From an uncultured Actinomycetes bacterium (lineage in GTDB: Bacteria; Actinomycetota; Acidimicrobiia; IMCC26256; DASPTH01), in NCBI GenBank assembly GCA_963756895.1, contig CAVWPI010000001.1:50664-114663 (forward strand): a stretch of 64,000 bases of DNA, written 5' to 3'. Shown here piece after piece: positions 59,310 to 64,000 of the stretch. The notes beneath the pieces are model-generated. The model searched no databases. It had not been told where the DNA came from and saw only the letters and a list, made by a program, of their open reading frames with translations. Both the position numbers and the translations under genes were made by a program. Position 1 is the first letter of the stretch; each line of letters starts with the position of its first letter.

Positions 59310-60705
59310 CTCCGAGATCACGCGGCGGAGCCTGCTCAAGGGGACGGCCGCGCTCGGCGCGGGCCTGGCGCTGGGTCCGGCGACCGGCGCGAGCCGGCGG
59401 GCCTGGGCACTCGAGGCGGCGCGCCCGGCACCGACGAAGCCGAACGTGATCGTGATCACGGCCGACGACATGCGCCACGACGAGGCGAAGTACATGCCGA
59501 ACCTCCAGCGCCTGATCGCCGACCAGGGCACGGTGTTCACCGCCGCGCGTCACAACATCTCGCTGTGCTCGCCGGCGCGCGCCGGCTTTTTGACCGGGCA
59601 GTACTCCACGCGGCACCACGTCCGCAGCCAGCAGGACTCGTTCGGCCGGTACAACGACCTGCACAAGACGCTGCCGGTGTGGATGCAGTCCGCGGGATAC
59701 CGCACCGGCATCATCGGCAAGTACTTCACCACGATCGAGGGCGCCAGCTCGCCGCCCGGATGGGACTTCCGTAGGCAGCTCTCGACCAAGAACCAGAACC
59801 AGTACGGCTACGAGGTCTGGGACGGCGAGAGCATGCACATGCCCACGTTGGACCAGGGCCACTACCTCCGGGAACAGGTGCTCGACTTCGTCCACGACGC
59901 GCGTGAGCCGTTCTTTCTCTGGTTCACGCCAACCGCCAACCACAGCGCGTTCGAAGCCCCGCCGGACCATCAGCACGACTACGCGACGGTGAACTGGCCG
60001 GACCGACGGGAAGCGGATGTGAGCGACAAGCCCATCTGGATCCAACGGTTGCCGCCGGTCGCGGACGACGTCATCCCCCCGATGCGACAGGTGCAGCGGC
60101 TGCGTCTGCGCGAGCTGCTCGGGCTCGACGACACCATCGCCGCCCTGGTGGGAGCGCTCCGCGACAAAGGCGCCCTCGGCGACACCGTGATCATCTTCAC
60201 CAGCGACAACGGCGTGACCATGGGCGAACACCGGTTCCCTCCGGGGAGCAAGAACCTGCCGTACGAGCCGGCGGTGCTGGTGCCCTGCATGGTGCGCGGG
60301 CCCGGATTCGCTCACGCCACGATCCACCAACCGGTCCACATGTCGATGGACCTGACCGCGACGTGCGCGGAGCTCGGCGACGCGACTCCCGACCTCCGGC
60401 TCGACGGCGTGAGCCTCACTCGGCTCGTCGCCGCACCGCATCGCTTCGACGATCGGCAGCTGCTCTACGACCGCGACAACCGCGACGGCTATGTGTTCGT
60501 GCCGCGCGAGAACTGGCCACCTCCGGCGGCGGGGATCTTCACCCGAAATCGGAAGCTCATCCGATACGAACAGGCCCCGCAGGTCTACGAGATGTACGAC
60601 CTCGACGCCGATCCCGGCGAGCTGCGGAACGTGGCGGATGATCCTGCTTACGCAGACGACCGCGCCGACCTCGAGGGCGCGCTCGAGCGGCTCCTCGCCA
60701 CGTGA
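59299..60705 (+). CDS. Tat-exported sulfatase (formylglycine type)
   Basis: Tat motif EITRRSLLKG. VIVITADDMR. FGly motif CSPARAGFLTG (C-x-P-x-R). SDNG. The start overlaps the SBBP gene stop by 11 nt. Confidence 0.85.
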   Translation: MAADSEITRRSLLKGTAALGAGLALGPATGASRRAWALEAARPAPTKPNVIVITADDMRHDEAKYMPNLQRLIADQGTVFTAARHNISLCSPARAGFLTGQYSTRHHVRSQQDSFGRYNDLHKTLPVWMQSAGYRTGIIGKYFTTIEGASSPPGWDFRRQLSTKNQNQYGYEVWDGESMHMPTLDQGHYLREQVLDFVHDAREPFFLWFTPTANHSAFEAPPDHQHDYATVNWPDRREADVSDKPIWIQRLPPVADDVIPPMRQVQRLRLRELLGLDDTIAALVGALRDKGALGDTVIIFTSDNGVTMGEHRFPPGSKNLPYEPAVLVPCMVRGPGFAHATIHQPVHMSMDLTATCAELGDATPDLRLDGVSLTRLVAAPHRFDDRQLLYDRDNRDGYVFVPRENWPPPAAGIFTRNRKLIRYEQAPQVYEMYDLDADPGELRNVADDPAYADDRADLEGALERLLAT

Positions 60706-60769
60706 CGATAGAGTCCCGGACCGTGACGGGGGCGAGCACGGCTCGCGGTAGGGACGCACAACGATCGCG

Positions 60770-62674
60770 TTGTTCGTGGCGGCCGGCGTGGTGTGGCCCG
60801 GGCGCTCGATCTCGGGACCTCGCACCCGAAGCAACGACGCCGCGGACCGTCAGCGCGTGACGGACGCGCTCGACTTCTCCGCGCCCGCGACGCGGGACGA
60901 TCGTGAGGCGGACGGCGCCGAGGAGCGCGCCCGAGCCGCCTTCCGGCGCGTGCACCGGCTGCGCGACCTCGACCGTCGCGGGCGGTGGGCGGCAGTGGCC
61001 GTCGCCCTCGCGCTGCTGATCGCGCCCGCACTGGCGTTCGGATGGGCGACCCCCGACTGGACGCCGGCGGGCGACACCGCGCTCATGGGTCTGCGCGCGC
61101 TCGACGTCGGGACTTCGCGGACGCCGCTCACCGGGCAGCCGTCGTCGACGTCGTTGTACGTCGATTCCGGCGCCTCCGTCGACCATCCCGGTCCGGTCCA
61201 CTTCTACCTCTTGGCCGGGGCGATCAGGCTCTTCGGGGGCATCGGCATGGCCCTGGTCTCGGTCCTCGTGATCGGGATCTGCGTGCTGCTGGCAGCCTGG
61301 GCGGTGTTCCGGCAACTGGGTGCTTCCGGGGGCTTGTTGGCCGCCGTGGTGCTCAGCACCATCATGTTCACCACGGGCACGGTCTCGCTGGTCGACCCGG
61401 TGAGCTCGCGAATGGCGGGCTACCCGCTCCTGTGCGGAGCCGTTCTGCTCTGGGCCGTGCTCTGCGGCGACATCCGGCTCCTTCCTCTCGCCACCGGGAT
61501 CGTGTCCTTCGCGGCTCAGCAGCACCTGTCGGTCGGCCCCGCGGTGGCGCTGCTGACCGGTGGCGCGCTCCTCGGCTTCGTCGTGTCGCTCGTCCGGCAC
61601 GGCCGCTGGCGCGACGTGCGGGTCCGCCGGCAGTTGGTGCGGTGGGGCGGGTGGTCACTCGTGGTGGGAGCGGTGATGTGGGCGCCCGTGCTCATCGACC
61701 AGCTGTTCGGCGAGGGGAACCTCGGGCGCATCGCCGATTACGCCCGCAACAGCGACACCGACAAGCTCGGCGTCAGATCGGCCGTCCACCAGGTCGTCCA
61801 CGTGCTCGGGCTGCCACCCCTCCTCGGCCAGACCGAGTTCTCCGGCAAGTGGCTGCTCGTGCGGGCCTCGACGTTCACCTGGATCTCCGCGGCGCTGGTG
61901 GTGGGCGTCGTCGCCTGGCTCGGCGTCCGCTGGTGGAGATCCAGTCCGTCGAAGGCGCGCCTGGCGTTCATGGCCGGCGTCGCTGCGGTCGCCGGCATCG
62001 TCAACGGGTCGTCGGTGCCGAGAGGATTCGAGCAGTTCCGGGCCTCCTTCTACCACTGGGCGTTCGTGTTGGCGTTCTTCGCCTACCTCGTCCTCGGATT
62101 CGGTCTGGTCGGCCTGGTGCGACGCACCGCGATCTCCACTCGACCGTGGGTCGCGCCCGCGGTCGTGTCGTTGGCGCTCGTCGTGATCATCGTCCCCAGT
62201 GCCGTCAACCCCGCCCTGGATCGCCCGACCAACACACTCGAGGGCACGCATGCGCTCTGGGACAACCAGGCGTTCGACCGGCTCACCGACACGATCCTGG
62301 CCCACCGGAACGAGCTGGGTCCCCAGACCGTGCTCCTCGGTGGTGGCTCGCGGGCGATGGCGTTCGCTCTCGCCGACCGGGGTCTCGACGTGTTGCACCC
62401 GCGCTATTCACGCGGATTCGTCGACGACGACCGACTGGTCGACCGCGCCACGGTCGACGATGCCTTGGTGCTCCAGCCCGTCACCCGTCAGGGTGGGGGG
62501 AAGACGCCGCCCGGCAAGCTGCTGACCGAGGTCGAACTGGAGCCAGGCGCGAACGCCAACGGCTCCGACGCCTTCGGCATCCTCACGCTCCAACAACGGC
62601 CGGTCGTCGGCATGCGCCTGTACCTGCTCGACCGCCAGCAGCTCCTCGACTTCGCCCGCCCGGGCGAGCTCTGA
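60770..62674 (+). CDS. large polytopic membrane protein of unknown family (GT-C-like topology); start uncertain
   Basis: ORF starts at TTG 60770; in-frame GTGs at 60857 and 60950 are alternatives. About 12 hydrophobic helices followed by a ~170-aa soluble C-terminal domain. It lies directly upstream of a polyprenol-phosphate-type GT2. Confidence 0.6.
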   Translation: MFVAAGVVWPGRSISGPRTRSNDAADRQRVTDALDFSAPATRDDREADGAEERARAAFRRVHRLRDLDRRGRWAAVAVALALLIAPALAFGWATPDWTPAGDTALMGLRALDVGTSRTPLTGQPSSTSLYVDSGASVDHPGPVHFYLLAGAIRLFGGIGMALVSVLVIGICVLLAAWAVFRQLGASGGLLAAVVLSTIMFTTGTVSLVDPVSSRMAGYPLLCGAVLLWAVLCGDIRLLPLATGIVSFAAQQHLSVGPAVALLTGGALLGFVVSLVRHGRWRDVRVRRQLVRWGGWSLVVGAVMWAPVLIDQLFGEGNLGRIADYARNSDTDKLGVRSAVHQVVHVLGLPPLLGQTEFSGKWLLVRASTFTWISAALVVGVVAWLGVRWWRSSPSKARLAFMAGVAAVAGIVNGSSVPRGFEQFRASFYHWAFVLAFFAYLVLGFGLVGLVRRTAISTRPWVAPAVVSLALVVIIVPSAVNPALDRPTNTLEGTHALWDNQAFDRLTDTILAHRNELGPQTVLLGGGSRAMAFALADRGLDVLHPRYSRGFVDDDRLVDRATVDDALVLQPVTRQGGGKTPPGKLLTEVELEPGANANGSDAFGILTLQQRPVVGMRLYLLDRQQLLDFARPGEL

Positions 62675-62771
62675 GCCGAGCACCCCTGGGGGCTGGGCGG
62701 AGACCCGACCGCGCGTCGGCCGCACCTCGGTATCATCGCAGTCGGGTCCGCAGCGTCGCGAGGAGGACCCC

Positions 62772-63689
62772 ATGGGGACGCGCCTCTCGGTGCTGATGCC
62801 GGCCTACAACGAATGTGACAACTTGGCCGAGATCGTGCCGCGCACCGCGCAGGTGCTGGACCAGCTCGGGTGCAGCTACGAGATCGTGGTGGTCGACGAC
62901 GGCAGCACGGACGGCACCCGCCGGCTCGTCTCTGCGCTGCCCGGAGTCCGGTACGTCCGACTGCGACGGAATTCGGGCAAGTCTGCTGCGCTCAGCGTCG
63001 GGCTGCACCGTGTCGACGGCGAGGTGGTCGTCCTGATGGATGCTGACGGCCAGGACGACCCGACCGAGATCCCGCACCTGCTCGACGCGCTCGATGACGG
63101 CTTCGACCTGGTCACCGGCCGACGCGAAGATCGCCAGGACAAGACCTCGAAGCGGATGGTGTCGAAGGTCTACAACGCCGCCACGGCGCGCGTGACCGGC
63201 GTCGAAGGTCACGACTTCAACAGTGGCTTGAAGATGATGACGCGAGAGGTCGCGCAGTCACTGGAGCTCTACGGCGAGTTGCACCGCTACATCCCGGTGC
63301 TCGCCTCGTGGGCGGGCTTCCGCGTCTGCGAGGTAGACGTCCGGCATCTGCCCCGCCTGCACGGTGAGTCGAAGTTCGGGCGTGCCCGGCTCTGGCGTGG
63401 GTTCCTCGACCTCATCACCGTGAAATTCTTGACGACCTACACCGCACGACCGTTCCACCTGTTCGGTGGCATCGGGATCGCAGTGGGATTCGTCGGCACG
63501 GTGCTCTTGGCGTGGATGGGCGTCAGCTGGCTGATGGGTCATGCCATCGGGAACCGCCCGGCGCTGCTCGCGGGCGTCCTGCTCGTGCTCGTTGCCATCC
63601 AGATGGTGTCGCTCGGGCTCATCTCCGAGCTCATCGTGCACCTCCGCCGTCGGACGAAGCTCGAAGCCGAGGTCGTCGGCGAGGAATGA
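62772..63689 (+). CDS. GT2 polyprenol-phosphate glycosyltransferase (GtrB/ArnC/DPM1-like)
   Basis: RBS aggagga at 62761 and ATG at 62772. Motifs LSVLMPAYNECDNL, IVVVDDGSTDGT, NSGKSAAL and MDADGQDDP. Two C-terminal TM helices (FGGIGIAVGFVGTVLLAW, LLAGVLLVLVAIQMVSLGLISE). Confidence 0.85.
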   Translation: MGTRLSVLMPAYNECDNLAEIVPRTAQVLDQLGCSYEIVVVDDGSTDGTRRLVSALPGVRYVRLRRNSGKSAALSVGLHRVDGEVVVLMDADGQDDPTEIPHLLDALDDGFDLVTGRREDRQDKTSKRMVSKVYNAATARVTGVEGHDFNSGLKMMTREVAQSLELYGELHRYIPVLASWAGFRVCEVDVRHLPRLHGESKFGRARLWRGFLDLITVKFLTTYTARPFHLFGGIGIAVGFVGTVLLAWMGVSWLMGHAIGNRPALLAGVLLVLVAIQMVSLGLISELIVHLRRRTKLEAEVVGEE

Positions 63690-64000
63690 CCCCCTCCGAC
63701 GCCCTGGACGCCGCGGACGACGCTGGAGCGCAAGGGCCGCTTCGTCGACGCCATCGACCTGCTCACCCGCGCCAACCGAGAGGCGCAGGACCCGGCGATC
63801 GAGTCGCGCCTGGTGCGGGTGCGCCACGCTGCGTTCGACGAGGTCGTGCAGCGACGCCGATCGCCGAGCCGCGCCGCCGGCCTCGAAGAGCAGCGAGGTC
63901 CGGAGCGTGAACGGCGTTCCCACCGTCTCGCCCGCCGAGCTGACGCCCGCGGCCGTCCGGGCCGGGATCGACGCCGGTGGCTGCCTGCACGTCCCCGGCC
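63686..64000 (+). CDS. PhyH-family dioxygenase with N-terminal extension (family member 5), 5' part only, at least two frame breaks; continues beyond the window
   Basis: ATG at 63686 forms an ATGA overlap with the GT2 stop. The family motifs appear in three different frames: MTPSDALDAADDA, then LERKGRFVDAIDLLTRANREAQDPAIESRLVRVRHAAFDE, then VNGVPTVSPAELTPAAVRAGIDAGGCLHVPG. Confidence 0.5.

Noticed and set aside
8045-64000. Programmed ribosomal frameshifting as an explanation for the frame breaks.
   Set aside because: The breaks occur in both directions and in unrelated gene families. They sit at G/C runs rather than slippery heptamers, with no recurring downstream structure. Some genes have two compensating shifts. 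Indel error or decay is far more parsimonious.
1-64000. Mobile elements, CRISPR arrays, tRNA/rRNA genes and defence systems.
   Set aside because: I saw no transposase-, integrase- or Cas-like translations in any frame of the ORF track. I saw no spaced direct repeats and no tRNA-like cloverleaf candidates in the short intergenic regions. The only repeats found are the 18-nt junction duplication and gene-level paralogy.

Overview
Very GC-rich (about 70% by eye), actinobacterial-style sequence holding about 50 genes with almost no intergenic space. Nearly all of them belong to one cell-surface glycan (EPS or O-antigen-like) biosynthesis and tailoring super-locus.

Recognisable content:
- Two Wzy-like polymerase/ligase plus Wzz/BY-kinase pairs.
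- At least 14 glycosyltransferase genes (GT2, GT4/GT-B, two tandem WbsX).
- NDP-sugar supply genes: an rfbF-type CDP-glucose synthase, a TylCIII-like C-methyltransferase, an IspD/TarI cytidylyltransferase, a nucleotidyltransferase, an SDR epimerase/dehydratase and a DegT aminotransferase.
- PIG-L and NodB deacetylases.
- Stand-alone SAM methyltransferases.
- Four sulfotransferases and two Tat-exported formylglycine-type sulfatases.
- Six PhyH-type Fe(II)/2-oxoglutarate dioxygenase genes, five of them one paralogous family with a shared N-terminal extension.
- Two ~1090-aa four-domain enzymes (MT-fold + TylF + GT2 + CmcI) in mirrored orientation.
- Three large polytopic membrane proteins, two of them next to polyprenol-phosphate-type GT2 genes.
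- Secreted proteins: an SBBP beta-propeller protein, and a Tat/lipoprotein paralog pair with Ig-like tails.

I saw no rRNA, tRNA, CRISPR array, transposase or integrase. Genes form long co-directional blocks with frequent 4-nt ATGA/GTGA stop-start overlaps.

The main caveat is that about two dozen single-nucleotide frame breaks interrupt otherwise well-conserved genes. These are either assembly indel errors or locus decay. Coordinates of frameshifted genes are therefore conceptual spans.

The ORF track uses ATG/GTG/TTG starts and contains many long spurious out-of-frame or antisense ORFs, as expected at this GC content.

All family assignments are motif-level recognition by eye. No database search was run.
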